From NCBI GenBank assembly GCA_965637545.1, contig OZ281496.1:27652001-27716000 (forward strand): DNA of 64,000 nucleotides, given 5' to 3'. The stretch is from Phallusia mammillata (lineage: Eukaryota). The notes under the pieces were generated by a model. That model saw nothing but the letters and a program-made list of their open reading frames with translations. It did no database searches and had not been told where the DNA came from. Both the position numbers and the translations under genes were made by a program. Position 1 is the stretch's first letter; the number at the start of each line of letters is the position of its first letter. Positions 1-14,013 of the stretch are shown here, in pieces.

Positions 1-1325
1 CTCTGTGAGATATTTCCCAAAATACACAAGATATCTAAAGAATCTTCAGAGGTACAAATGCACAGGAGATCACCGAACGAGCTTTTTCTTTTGGGCGGAG
101 GGAGGCATGTCATTCCACCGCGACTTGCCTCTCTGCCCCAATTTGGGCTTCGTTTCGTTACAACCGTATTGTTTGTGGGTCTATATGACGTACAGCACCA
201 ACATGACCAAACTAAATCAATTTCGTGACACCCATCGACCTGTGTTTTGGCCTTAAGATGACCGACACTACTTAGGCTTTGTTAAAAGTTGCTGCGTTTC
301 ACCTTCACAGTTCCTACTCAGTTTTTCCATTAAGATATTTTCCCATAAAAAGAACGTTACAAGCGAGAACAAAAATTTATATTCTCAAATAGTATTTTAT
401 AACTTGCATTTAGATACTTACTACAAAATACACATGACAGTTCAAAAACATAAAAGCAAATGTACCAAAGTACACTTAGTTCATTTGCACTAACGTTACG
501 CTATCATTCACACAAGGCCAATTGAAAACCGCAATATAGCCTACCAGCAGAACCACATTATACAGGATGTGTGAAGCTATTATCAACCACTTCAAAATTG
601 CCGAGTTCAATTAGCATTTTTTTCCTTGCACGGGAAACAATACAGCATGTTTGAAGAGACAACGCGACTGATAATAACGATCGAGTGGGTAAAGTTGGAT
701 GCACAGAAAAAATACTGACAAAAAACGAAAAGGCTTTGCCCATTTAGTCTACATTTTAAACGTCATAGACGCTTTTGGAAACATGAACAAAAACGTCTAC
801 GTCACACAAATCAACCAAAAAATACCCACAGTCACGGAATTAGTAGCAAATCAGACCACCGCATAATACACAAAAACTGATATCCTTCCTAGAAGCGGTG
901 TCTGTTTGAAGTAGTTTTACGACCGTGAAACGACAATGCAGTTTCAGCGCGTTTAATCTGAATCCACAAACAGTGTACTCCATAATATTTCAACTTTGTG
1001 TGGCTATTTCCAGCTTGATGATTGTTGTATCGTGCAATGGTCTTGGTGTGTTTTTACTTTACCGTACGGAATAAACTCAATAATAATTGAAAAAAAGGAT
1101 ATGCTTCAATCCACAAGAAGTCTCTCATACGCAAAAAAATCTTCACGGCCAAGATTGACATTTTGAGCGGTGATCTCTGGAATAGAACACAATTAGTTCA
1201 TAAGACAAAGAAATGTATGTGAAAACGTATTCTCATGACGAGAAATTATAGTACACCATGGTCCACAAGAGAGGTGGCACTGAGTCAAAAGGGATTTCCA
1301 GCATATCCAAGCAGAAAAGCATAGC

Positions 1326-1355
1326 TAAAAATCCAGCCGCGATGGGATTCGAACC
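1326..1355 (-). mobile_element. Fragment of the same tRNA-derived repeat
   Basis: Minus strand GTGGGTTCGAATCCCATCGCGGCTGGATTTTT matches the T-arm, acceptor and T-run of 18566-18638. Confidence 0.55.
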
Positions 1356-2551
1356 CACGGTTCGGTGCAGAAAGACGCACACTCGGCAATTAGTCAACTA
1401 TCAGTCTGCAACATAGTTACAAAACAAATCAGTCAGGTGACGAACGCTTCATTTAGACACGAAAGATTTTAATATTTATTTTTGTGGACGGTATAAAAGC
1501 ACGTTACAGAAGTCAGCTTACAAAGTCGGTGACATCAAACTTTCTGCCAGAAGGTACAAACATAGGATAAATAGAATATTTACGTAAATTAAAATTAATT
1601 TTCAAAATGAGGGCTACATTTTGCAAGGCAAAATAACATTTAATGGCTTCGACAATTGTGTTTAAAAGTGGTACTTGAGGACAGAAAAAAACGGTTTTGC
1701 TGTTGGAACGACAGCACAACAGTCTTTGTCTTATCAACTTAGACAAACAAAACAGTTTACCGACGATGTGGTAAAATATTCTTACGCGAAAAGCTTGTCG
1801 CAGTATCGCAGTAACAAGTTAATGCACATTTTCTGGGTCTAGTTTTCTTGGTATGGTATCGTTGTTTGTAATGTTTTTTCGGTATAGTCGGTAGTTGTGT
1901 AAAACGAGCAACGATATCAACTAAAGGTAACATTTCACAGTCAAATCGACGAAGATCGGACGTCAAACAAAGTTACAATTAGGCACTAACCTCTAGCTCT
2001 AGTGTAGAGATTATTAACTAGCATTACGAGAATGCAATGTCCGAAATATATACAGAAGGGAATGCTTGCAGGCTACTGGTTGATGACTTTTGAAGATTTA
2101 AGTTTAACAATGTGTACGTATTTTAGTACTAAAACTTTATGTTCGTTTCAAAAAATTGTGAAGTTTTCATAGATATTTGCATTTGGTCTGGACGGCTTAG
2201 TTTATGCGTAGCTGTCGCGCCGAAAAATTACGCAGTTACATATCGTATTTCAAGCAATGGAGCGACAAAAACAATGCTAACCTCGCGGCTTGCATCATCT
2301 CCATGGCCAAACCTCTGTATGTCAGTTGCAACAAACATAGCAGGTCCATACGGTAGAAAGTTATTCCCTCTCTTGAAACAAGGTTAATAGTATATGGCTT
2401 AAGTGCTACATGAAAATTATTGCGGAATAATAATCAGGCCCCTAACAGGTGTACACGTATGACTGCTTGCATTAAAAGAGAAAAAATAACTTAAAAATAG
2501 AGAATTAAGGCATGAAAACAACTTTATTTAATTTTCAATTTATACATTTAG

Positions 2552-2560
<9 letters not shown>

Positions 2561-2598
<38 letters not shown>
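2561..2598. repeat. (TG)19 microsatellite
   Basis: Perfect TG run. Confidence 0.97.
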
Positions 2599-2600
<2 letters not shown>

Positions 2601-2840
2601 GAGTTTTGTGTGCTACCTAGCAAGTGGATAAGGCAAACTAAAAGGTAAAAAGGGGAACAAAGACATTGTTGCGCAATGACACTAGGTGTTTATTATTTTT
2701 CAGCCATTATGTATATTGTGGTAATGGATTGGAATTATTGAGATTAAGATGTTTTCCATATGAGTTTGTGTACTGGATATTGGTATGTTTATTAATTTCT
2801 AACAATGCAAAGCAAAAAGTTTCAAGCATATGACTTAGAC

Positions 2841-3302
2841 CAGTGGTTCCCAACCTTTTTGTAGTCACGGACCCCTTTTATAAATTTTATCGGTCCGCGG
2901 ACCCCCAATGTAATTTAGCCTTTTTTCGTTCCCTGCTTTATACGTTATTATATACTTTTGTTTTTTGGGGGGCAGAATTTTAATCAACCTTCACAGTCCT
3001 TTAATCTCAATAAAGTTCTGAACTGTAGCACTCAATGCACTAAAAGAGATAAATTTTCTGGTGTACAGTACTTAAAACAAGGCACAAAGAATTCTATTGT
3101 TAATGTGTGTTGTGATGTCACAATGGAGGTAACAACCACAAGGTTTCCTGATCCAAGGGTTTGATAAACAGTTTGCATTATTTGGGAAACTAAAAATATT
3201 GTACTGTTGTAAATGCTACTACTAATGTTTGCCTTCACGGACCCCCTGAAACCATCTCACAGACCCCTTGGGGGTCCGAGGACCCCAGGTTGTGAACCAC
3301 TG
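2841..3302. mobile_element. hAT-type MITE
   Basis: TIRs CAGTGGTTCCCAACCT / AGGTTGTGAACCACTG; perfect 8-bp TSD ACTTAGAC (2833-2840, 3303-3310). Confidence 0.9.
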
Positions 3303-4020
3303 ACTTAGACAATGCTTCCAGCTTGCTTTGCTCCAATGTCCAAGCATTCAAATGACAGCATGATACCATTAGATTGCAATGCTAATATTTCATAATAAAC
3401 CACACTCTTTAAGTATATACTAGTTTAGTTGTTAGTATGATGTGGTGGCACATAAATAAGTCATAACATCAATAGTTAGTTACAATTAAAAAAGGTATGC
3501 AAACAATGGTAATGTTGAGGAGAACAGTTGATAGTTACCATAATTGTTTAGTTTTGGAAGAGCTTTCTTATTTTCTGATCATCATCAGCCTAATTGTTTT
3601 CTTGTCAAGTTAATTCCATGATGCTGAAGCAATTTAAAAATATATATCAGTGATTTTCAACTGGTGTTTGTGTGTATCTGTACAGTAAAAGGACAATACA
3701 GTATTTGATTTTGAGTAAGAGTGCTTGTTTGTTTTATCGTATCATTATAAATTTCGTATGGTGTCCCTAATATTTTAATGCATAAAGTGTTCTAAGACTA
3801 CAAAAGTTTTAAAAACACTGCTCTACATCACTATGCATTTGATAAACATTTATTTTTAAAACTTGTATTAATAGGAAGCTGGAACAATGTAATACAACGT
3901 TATAACTTAAAGATTGATTCAGCAAAATTAATTTGAATCAACTTATGAGTCAGAATATAAGAATGAAATCTGCACTATGATTAATTTTACATTCTTGCTG
4001 CAAAAAAAATAACATTACAA

Positions 4021-4083
4021 TACACTATTCATACAAAACACTATTCATACAAAACACTATTCTTATACACTATTCATACAAAC
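4021..4083. repeat. ~16-bp tandem repeat, 4 copies
   Basis: ACACTATTCATACAAA units. Confidence 0.85.
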
Positions 4084-4414
4084 CTTATTTTTATATGGCA
4101 CAAATATACCCCAAGGTGTCATGTTTGTTGTCCAGGAATAATGTAATTTGAGGATTGTGTATTGGATCATCTAAAAAAATCAAATCAGTGAAAAAATGCT
4201 TTATATTTTGCACTTTTAATGCAAAATAACAAAATTTTAATCTAAGCATAGTTTTGTTACTGCATTTCAGGGTAACCACGTAATTTTTTTACACTTATCT
4301 CAAGTAATAAACAAAACTGTGTTGAAAGAATTGAATGGAGCGTAAAGGTAAATACATGTTTACAACTGTCTTAACACTATAGATATAAGTTTTAAAATTG
4401 CATTTGAAACTCAG

Positions 4415-7400
4415 GGAGCAGCAGCAGCAATTGTTCGTTTGACGAAGAATTAAATAATGATGAAGAATTAAGAGTGGTAAGTTCTCATGTAGACACAAAT
4501 TCAAATACAACAAAACTGGTTTCAGTTCCAAAATACAAAAATGTGTGCTATGCTAAGCAAACCCAACTTATTCTTAAGCTTTTTTATGGATTGTTTGTTG
4601 TTTGAACAAGGTGCATTAAACCGGGTCACATCTAAAAAGCAGGTTCTCATTGCATACATGTAAAGTCGTTAATTGACAAAGCATGGAATAACATCAAACC
4701 TATAAATGCATAGTAAGTTATGTGTTGTTGTGTTTCACATTTTTTAGACTGCTTTGGCAATACCATGGTTAAGGTGGTATAGCCAAATTTAGTATTACAT
4801 TAGTGTTTAGTTTATACAACCCTGGAATTTCGTATCTTTGGAAACATTTTAAAAAGATACGCAAAATAAAGTAATTCCTGTTTTGATGTCAACTGATGTG
4901 GCATGTATCAACACCTACTTTGCTTTTCATTTCATTTGCCTTGTTCTATGTCATGAATTCCAAAAAACTCAACATTCGTTCATGTATTTTTTTTTCATGC
5001 ACCTTGTTGTCGTATGTTATTAATTCAATGGTGATATTTGCTTAGTCATTACATGTGGTAAACAGTGAAGTTTGACATTGTACACCTGAAACAGTATGCG
5101 CATTATTTCTAATTTGGCGTGACACAGAGACTACCAATTCTTGAAGATTAATATTGGTTTTAACCAGTAGTCATAAATAATATGAATAAATTACAGCTGA
5201 ATGAAGTTCCACACGAAAAGAATGAGGGAATCAGGTATGTAAGAGAAAAAAGGCATGTTGTATATTATAAATTTATACATATTTGTTTGTATGTATAGCT
5301 CTGGTGTACTTGGACATCACATGACCCAAAACAAAGAAACAGGAAGGGAAAAATTATTTCACAATGTTGGAGGTATTCATAGCATATATACAGTATTTAA
5401 TAAAACATGCAAAACCTGTTGGCCAATAAATAAATACTCCGACTAATAACTAAATATGTTTACTTGCATTACAATTGACAGTGGCTGTCCGGAATGACTA
5501 AAAAATTCTAATTTGTAACAGCTTGCCTGGATTACAAACTATATTTTCTCAACACATTGTGGCAGTTTAAAAACTAGCAATTAAGCGAGTTTAGTCCTTT
5601 AAGCATGCTTATTTTAAATGAAAAAGAAATGTAGAAATGGTGTGCACCCCTGCTGACACAACTTGCAATAGATATACATTAAATACATTTTGTAACAAAT
5701 GACTGCAGTTGGGATTAATTCAATGAATTAAGCTACCTGGATTGTCTGTAGTAAAGTATACAATTTGACACATCAAACTTATTTGTTTAAGGTGCAGTTT
5801 CAAAACCTACAATGAAACAAGAGACAACGAAGAAAAAAATAACTTCAACTAGAACTAAGTTCCAAGGTTATATACATTTAATTTAGACATATAACATGCT
5901 TATAACAGCAAAACTAGCTGATTCATTATGGATTGGTACATTTACTTGGTTTATAATATCTGTCTAACCATTTTTAATAGCTAGGGCAGAAAATCGGAAC
6001 AGTTTATTATTTATTTAAACCATATTTTCCTGGAATTCATTAACAATGTCATGCTGTCTGTACAGCTGTAACTCATCCTTTTCAAACCAAATTTTTAGTT
6101 GATTTAAAAAAGTTTTTTTTTCTTGCTATTCCCAGCCTTTGAAAATATCTTCAAAACTCCAGCTTCATTGAAAAAAGAAAATACTGAGGAACAAAAACAG
6201 CAATTAAGAAGAAAAGGTAGTTTATCAACATCTCGATGTGACACACAAAACTTGCACAATTGTACAATTGATAATACATAATGCACAGTTTAAACGCCAA
6301 CTGCTGTAGACTAAAGTCTCAGCTAAGAAGATACATAGTATATACAGTTAGATTTTTTTCAATCCTATACATTTCAATATAATAACTGATTAACTGGTAT
6401 GAGCCTGTAATTTAGTAGTCTTTTACACTTGTGTTTTATACTAATCTGGGTAATATTTGTTTAAACAGGCAAGAACTTGCGACATACTAATAGCATGGTT
6501 AATCTGCGCAATACTTCTCCTCGGAGTTCCAATTCTGCAGCAAAAGGTAAGAATGGTTTCCAGTATACATGTTAACCTCAAAAACTCCATCTAGTTACAA
6601 TTTCTCTTATTTTAGTGGAATAAATTTACTGTATAATCTGACAGGTGCAAACCGTACCTATAATTCCTGTGGTAAGGATGACAATCAAAGAGAAGATTTT
6701 TATGTCAGCATAAACACAGTACACGAGGGGGGCAGCAGGATGTATGAAGGTACAATATGATGTTTTTGCACAAATACACTATGTTACACTTTTATACTAT
6801 ATATATGTTACACCTTAACAATTTAGTAGATACAAGTCATCTGCTAAAATAGTATTACATCAGTCTGATAACATGGTATTACATCATTAATAAATAATCT
6901 CAAGTAAAAATCAAGTGATTAGCAGTAAAAATCGATTATGTTCTACAAATTTAAATGATAACTACTTTCAAACTAAACATGTTATTTTGATCACCAACTT
7001 TTTGCCTCGGTTTACAATATTATGTCATTTGTTTTATAGATTTGCTTTGTCAACAAGAAAAGTACTTGAAAGCCTTGAAGGTAACATATATATTGCAATT
7101 ACTATATCCTTGAGTGGTTAATTGCGGGAAAATATGCAAAATTGTTTTCCTATCTTAAAATGCAGCTAATGTCACAACTTCATCAAATGGAGTCAGACAG
7201 TAGAACACCTAAAACATCAGGAGCTACTTGCATTTCGTCAGGTTAGAACTAAATTGACCATTTCATTTTGCAAAATCTAGGATGCTCAGATAGAGCACAA
7301 CAGAACTTAGAAATCAGACACATATTCTAATCAATCTCTCACTTTTAATAACTAATAGAGCAGGGTCACAAAAGTGACAAAGTGTGGTAGTGAAGTGACA

Positions 7401-10400
7401 AAATGAAGTACTAATTTGTTCGTAGTGAAGTACTAGTTTAACACGTTACATTGCTTGTTGTTAGTTTCTTATCATGCCATTCTCTTAAAATACAGTCTAC
7501 TTTCACTAAACGCTCTGCTCTCTCCTTAAAATTAATCTCAGCTGGCACAAACGACTATTACTCAGAAAAATGTTGGCAAGACATTGCTACATGGAAAAAA
7601 AACAAGTAAATTGGCATGCGTCGTTTAAAAGGTTGTTGAACCCTGTTATTGATCCTTTTTCAAAGTTTGTTTGTCTGTGTTTTCGATTTAGAAGATTGCC
7701 GTCAACTAAATACTGAATCTCTTGTCTGTCCAACACAAACTGAATCTCTTGTCCATCAACTGAAAACAGAATCTCCTGTCCGTCAACTGAAAACAGAATC
7801 TCCTGTCCGTCAACTAAATACTGAATCTCTTGTCTGTCCACCACAAACGGAATTTCTGGTCCGTCCAACACAAACTGTATCCCTTGTCCGTCCACTACAA
7901 ACTGAAGCTCCTGTCCGTTCAACACAAACTGATTCTTCTGTCCCTCCACCAGATACTGGATCTCTTGTCCCTCCACCAGAAACTGTATCTCTTGTCCCTC
8001 CACCAGAAACTATATCTCCTGTCCCTCCACCAAACTCTGAATCTCCTGTCCCTCGACCAGATACTGTATCTCTTGTCCCTCCACCAGAAACTGTATCTCT
8101 TGTCCCTCCACCAGAAACTATATCTCCTGTCCCTCCACCAAACTCTGAATCTCCTGTCCCTCGACCAGATACTGTATCTCTTGTCCCTCCACCAGAAACT
8201 ATATCTCTTGCCCCTCCACCAGATACTGTATCTCTTGTCCCTCCACCAGAAACTGAATCTCCTGTACCTCCACCAGATACTGTATCTCTTGTCCCTCCAC
8301 CAGAAACTAAATCTCCTGTACCTCCACCAGATACTGTATCTCTTGTCCCTCCACCAGAAACTGTATCTCTTGCCCATCCAACAGAAACTGTATCCCTTGT
8401 CCGTCCACTACAAACTGAAGCTCCTGTCCGTTCAACACAAACTGATTCTTCTGTCCCTCCACCAGAAACTGTATCTCTTGTCCCTCCATCAGATACTGTA
8501 TCTCTTGTCCCTCCACCAGAAACTATATCTCCTGTCCCTCCACCAAACTCTGAATCTCCTGTCCCTCCACCAGATACTGTATCTCTTGTCCCTCCACCAG
8601 AAACTATATCTCTTGCCCATCCACAACAAACTAAATCTCCTGTACCTCCACCAGATACTGTATCTCTTGTCCCTCCACCAGAAACTGTATCTCTTGCTCA
8701 TCCACAACAAACTAAATCTCCTGTACCTCCACCAGATACTGTATCTCTTGTCCCTCCACCAGAAACTGTATCTCTTGCCCATCCACACAAAAGTGAATCT
8801 CCTGTACCTCCACCAGATACTGTATCTCTTGTCCCTCCACCAGAAACTATATCTCTTGCCCATCCACAACAAACTAAATCTCCTGTACCTCCACCAGATA
8901 CTGTATCTCTTGTCCCTCCACCAGAAACTGTATCTCTTGCCCATCCACACAAAAGTGAATCTCCTGTACCTCCACCAGATACTGTATCTCTTGTCCCTCC
9001 ACCAGAAACTATATCTCTTGCCCATCCACACAAAAGTGAATCTCCTGTACCTCCACCAGATACTGTATCTCTTGTCCCTTCACCAGAAACTGTATCTCTT
9101 GCCCATCCAACAGAAACTGTATCCCTTGTCCGTCCACTACAAACTGTATCTCTTGTCCCTCCACCAGAAACTGTATCTCTTGTCCATCCACCAGAAACTG
9201 TATCTCTTGTCCCTCCACCAGATACTGTATCTCTTGTCCCTCCACCAGAAACTATATCTCTTGCCCATCCACACAAAAGTGAATCTCCTGTACCTCCACC
9301 AGATACTGTATCTCTTGTCCCGCCACCAGAAACTGTATCTCTTGCCCATCCACAACAAACTAAATCTCCTGTACCTCCACCAGATACTGTATCTCCTGTC
9401 CTTTCCTCAGAAACTGAAACAGAACAGAATAACAATGTTCATGTTTTGGACCATCAGGAGTCAGAATCACTTTTAAGAGATGTGGAAGGTGCTGAAAGAG
9501 CATTCTTCCAAGTTCCAGAGCATTTCTTTGTTGATGTAACAAGGGAATTTGCAGTACGAACTGCACATGAAAATAGAGAAGTAACACTAACACCAGCAAA
9601 CATTTCACAACAAAATGAAAGACCTGATGACTTTGGACAACCTTTTCATATTGAACATCAAGCATTCGAACAGCAACACAGAAGTGAACCTGGGTCACAC
9701 ACTGCACCAAACCTTCTATTGGAGCCTGTTGTTGAATCTATGCAAGGAGAAGCAAGACAGCCCGTTGAAACAGAGCAAAATACCCAAACAACCAATCTTG
9801 CCACCCAGAGTAGAACAACATTTGAAGAACTACGAGTCAGCAGAAGAGCCAGTCCATTACAAGACTATACTAATGGCCAAATTCTTGCAGGAGGGCAACT
9901 TCCAGAGGTTCAAAGCCCATCTTCATCCGCACATGAATACGACATACCCCGCCAAGAAACAGGTAAGGTGGATAACACATTCTAAAATGTCTGCCTTGTC
10001 TTTAGAAAAAAAAAATATACCTTAGCGCAGAATACATGCATCCCAAACAACTGAGTGTTTGAAGTGAACAAAAGCACTTTCAATATATGTTAATTGCTGT
10101 TCAAATAATAACTAGGCATTTAATTTTGTTGCAGGTCTGAATCTGGAACAGACATTGGTGTTGCATGAATATGGCTACATGAATTCAGGTCTGTGATATA
10201 TATGAATAAAGGCTTTTGAAATAAAGGGAGTTTTTTGAAAATAAAAATGAGGCATGCACTTCATTACTACCTTGTTTTTGTTTAATACGTCAAATACATT
10301 GGGCCTTTTAAATTAAACAAGCTTCAGGTATAGAAATTAAACCAGCTTCAGGTATAAAAAGTAAACTAGCTTCAGGTATATGAAAAAGGGCCATGTTGAA

Positions 10401-11502
10401 TAGCAAATTCCCTCAAATACATAGTCGTAAATAAACGCTGAGTTGGAAACAAAAATACACCATCAAGGCTGAATAGGTGTTTAGAAAAAACATGCTTTGC
10501 TATTACAGTAGTAAAAAAACTCGAAAATAAACTTCATTGCAAAAAAGCTAATGTCAGTTAGATAGTTTTTTGTCCACAGTTATCATTTGCCTTTTAAAAG
10601 TTTATTTATGCGTTAATAGGTGGACCTGGACCTCCCGGGCAGCCTACTTTAAGAAGAGAACAAGGTTTACGGTATGTCCTATATTATGTGTTTGTAAACA
10701 TATCAAGTGCAAATGGTTGGCTTACAAATTGCATGTGCTTTTTTGTCTTGATTTTTTTAAATGTGCCCTTTTACTGCAAGTCTTGCGTTGGAGCAACGCC
10801 ACTTAAGTTTGTTATTACTCAAGGAAAACACAAGTGACCGAGATAGGATAAGGTGTGAACAATGAAGCATTTTATGTGGTGTAACATGTAACATTATATG
10901 TTTATTTACAGAGCACTGGGACAAGGACCAAGTTGGTTCGAAGAGAATTTGATGCCAATGCACTGTTCAAATGGAGTATGTATTTAGATCATATACATAC
11001 GAGTAAGATAGATTAATTAAACATTATTTAGTTTCGTCACTATCATACAGTTTTAATTAAAGGTTTAAAACTGATATCAATGTTTCAAGTCTACTTGTGT
11101 GTAATAAATCCTAATAGCTGAAACATTTGTTATCCACTGAAAAAAGCTGCTTGAAAATTAATTGACAAAAAATTACTGTGGTAATTGGTCAACCAGTTAG
11201 TTGGTTTCTTGCTACTATAACTTAATGCAAAATTTTACACATTTGCTTTTTTAATTAACCTTGTATTTTGTTACTTTTAGCACTTTGTGACTTTGGACAC
11301 AGGCCAAGAAAGATGTGTTCGATGTCAATTACCACTGTGTGTTGATGAAATAGCCACAGAGTCTCACATTTGTGTTTCTTTTCAGTGTAGACACTGTAAC
11401 AGACGCTTGGCAAGTTCAATGTTTGTCGGGCTATGTCCTATATGTCATAGTGCTTTGTGTTCTCACTGCAGTATGAGGAACGTTGTCTGTCCCAATTATT
11501 AA
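4415..11502 (+). CDS. Multi-exon gene (5' end not located): charged low-complexity N-terminus, giant Pro/Thr/Ser repeat exon, C-terminal Cys/His-rich putative zinc finger
   Basis: AG/GT-bounded exons with matching phases and no in-frame stops: 4415-4476, 5197-5234, 5299-5372, 5792-5866, 6136-6216, 6469-6546, (6645-6671 optional), 7040-7080, 7166-7241, 7692-9962, 10135-10188, 10620-10671, 10912-10975, 11281-11502 (stop). The end reads ...MHCSNGHFVTLDTGQERCVRCQLPLCVDEIATESHICVSFQCRHCNRRLASSMFVGLCPICHSALCSHCSMRNVVCPNY*. AATAAA at 11522-11527. Confidence 0.75.
7698..9400 (+). repeat. Coding minisatellite, 27-bp (9-aa) unit, ~63 copies
   Basis: Unit CCTCCACCAGA(A/T)ACTGTATCTCTTGTC = PPP(D/E)TVSLV, with variants HPQQTKSPV, HPHKSESPV and RQLKTESPV; lies within exon 7692-9962. 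Confidence 0.95.
10311..10382. repeat. 24-bp tandem repeat, 3 copies (intronic)
   Basis: AGCTTCAGGTATA core at 10320, 10344 and 10368. Confidence 0.85.
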
Positions 11503-14013
11503 ATACAAGGCATTATGTACAAATAAATATATTAACTGCCCCAGCTGATTTTAAACTGAAATGTATATTTAAACTAAATGATGCAAGCACTTATTTTATA
11601 TAATATTTGAAAGGTAAAAAATTTTTTTAAACAGCCGCTGTAATTGTGTTCTAAGTTCTCTTTTTTATGTGTATATATATTATTGTCTTCAAACTACGTT
11701 GGGGCATGTCAGGTACTTTGCTGTAAATAGCCAAAGCTGTTTCTTACTTATTTTTTATGGATTTTGTTTATTTATTTACTAACCATTTTTTACGGTAAAT
11801 TCACATTTCAATTGCAAATGCTTTAGGCTTTCAGCAAAAGTCGATATTACACACAGAACTTGGGAAGTATTTCAAGACAAGGTGATTATTTTTAAACTCA
11901 TCTCAGGCCCTGTGTTATAAAGTAGAAAACCTTAGCAAATTTGTGTCGATAAATGTGCTGTAAATGGTGCTTTGGTTTGTTACTGTATTATGTTTCTGTT
12001 GCAAATCATGTGTTTTTTGTAAATAAATTTGTACAGTAAAGTGCAAAGCATGGTTTTTGCTTTTTACCAAGTCGGCAGTGTAATGCAACAAGTAGCATTT
12101 AAAAAGTAAACCATAGCCTACAAAGTAAAAACCAATATTCTAATACTGTTGCTTAAGATAGAACAGCCAAAGTTTCTGTCAAAACAAAAAAATTAAAAAA
12201 AGTTTTTAGAATATGTAACATACAGGTCAAATTCCTTAGGATTTTTATTTGTCAACTGTAACAAAACAAACAGAATGTTTATCTCCTCCTACCTTTTTAA
12301 ACCTCCCTTTCTTAGCTTTTTTACTATTTCTTCACAATGTATTCCGCCACTTCCAAGTTCCCGGTGCGTCTCAACTTGAACTTGAAATGAATGGTCATGT
12401 GACTTAACAAGTTAACCACCAAAAAAACAATACGTAAGTAGCCTTTGTTCACAAACAAATCACCGAAATTTACAACACACAGGCTGTAGCAAGACAAGCG
12501 AGCTATTTCCACTACAGTCTGCAAACTGAACAATTTCTTCAGATAAACAATTCAATAGTACAGCAAGTTTGTGTTACGTAACATGAAAAACGAATTTCCT
12601 TTTTTAAATACAGAACTTACCTTATCGTATTTACTTGATTTACAGCAGTATAAAATTGGTTAATCAGCCCACCTAACTCAAATCAAATCAATCGCCGGGG
12701 ACACAAAAAATGTTACAAAAACACAGGAAAATACATTGGGCATTTTACTTTTAATTTACAAATAACGCCCCTTTATACCTCAAAGCTTAAAGTCTTACAC
12801 CATTAACAAATTCTCACAACAAGCTGGCAAAAGTCCTTTTGTGAGCACGTGAGCGGTTGCGACTTGCGACAAAATTCCTTTGATTTGATTCGCATTGCCT
12901 CTTCTTGTGCAATCTAGGTCAAATGTTGTTTCTGGCGTGGAGATGGGCTATTTTGAATTGAGTTGAGTTTGTTTCGCCCGGTGAAGCAGCACCAATGCTT
13001 TTAAATATTATCGTGATAAACACCATATCGTACACATATCTATAGGTTATGATAAAAATAAAGTGATATTTGTTTGTTTAAACAGAACGACAGTAAACAA
13101 CAGACGCTCAGCGCCGAGTCCTAGACCAATACTCCTGTCAATCAAACTTTTCCGTCTATTTATTCAGCTACAAAACGGATCTTGTACACGTTTAAAAGAG
13201 AGTAATTTAAGTGTATCCTATTAGACCTACACAAAAAAGAACAATTCCAAAAATGAAAACCCATGAATTGTATTTGTTTTTAACTGTTTGAAATCAAAAA
13301 GTAAAAACCAACTACTGTATGAAGAATGCAAAAAACATTTCATGAAGAATGTAACCACATAGGGTGTTTTTGTGCTGTCGATATACATATAGGATAAAAC
13401 CTATACACCTCAAATAACACGTATAATTACATACATATATAAACACTATATGATTTGACACAGGCTACTGTTGTACGTAAACTTTTGAAGGTAGGCTAAC
13501 ACTTGAGTGTTTCAAACCGAATCTAATTCAATGACAATAAGCAGTTGGAACAGGAATATTATCTTCCTGAGTACATTTTTATTTGTCCCAAACAGTACGT
13601 TGCAGCAAACGGGGTCTTATTTATCTACATCATACAGTTAAAAAACACTCATTTACTAATATTTAGTGTTTCTTCAAGCTTCATGTAAATGATAATGACG
13701 CAAAAAGTTCAAAAAATTAAAAAAGTATGTTACACTCGAAAAAGAGCGAAAAATGAAAGCAATATGTATAAAATGTAATTCAAACATAGCGAATGAAGCC
13801 GTTATACTAACGTACGTAGCTGAGTGTCTTTGATTGAAAAACAAAACAAAAGTATGCACTGCAGGCAGGTTGATGTTCCACTATATAAAATAGATAAACA
13901 CTAATGTGTAATGCTGAAGACGGGGTTGTTGATCACGGATGCGTTGTTATCAGTTTGTTAAACGTTCATCGAGAATCCGTTCATACTATTTATGCATCTT
14001 TTTATGTTCATCA

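Noticed and set aside
1-2400. Short ORFs and donor/acceptor-like sites, including ORF 5-256 and a possible minus exon ~1063-1165
   Set aside because: I could not build a frame-consistent model or recognise a domain.
7698-9400. CRISPR-like regular repeat
   Set aside because: No unique spacers, in-frame coding units, and a eukaryotic context.
7587-9710. Long overlapping ORFs in other frames and on the minus strand (LLSLHQ, WWRDKRYS, EGQEIQ, GGGTRDTV repeats)
   Set aside because: By-products of a 27-bp repeat lacking stops in several frames; only the PPPETVSLV frame continues beyond the repeat and matches splice phases.
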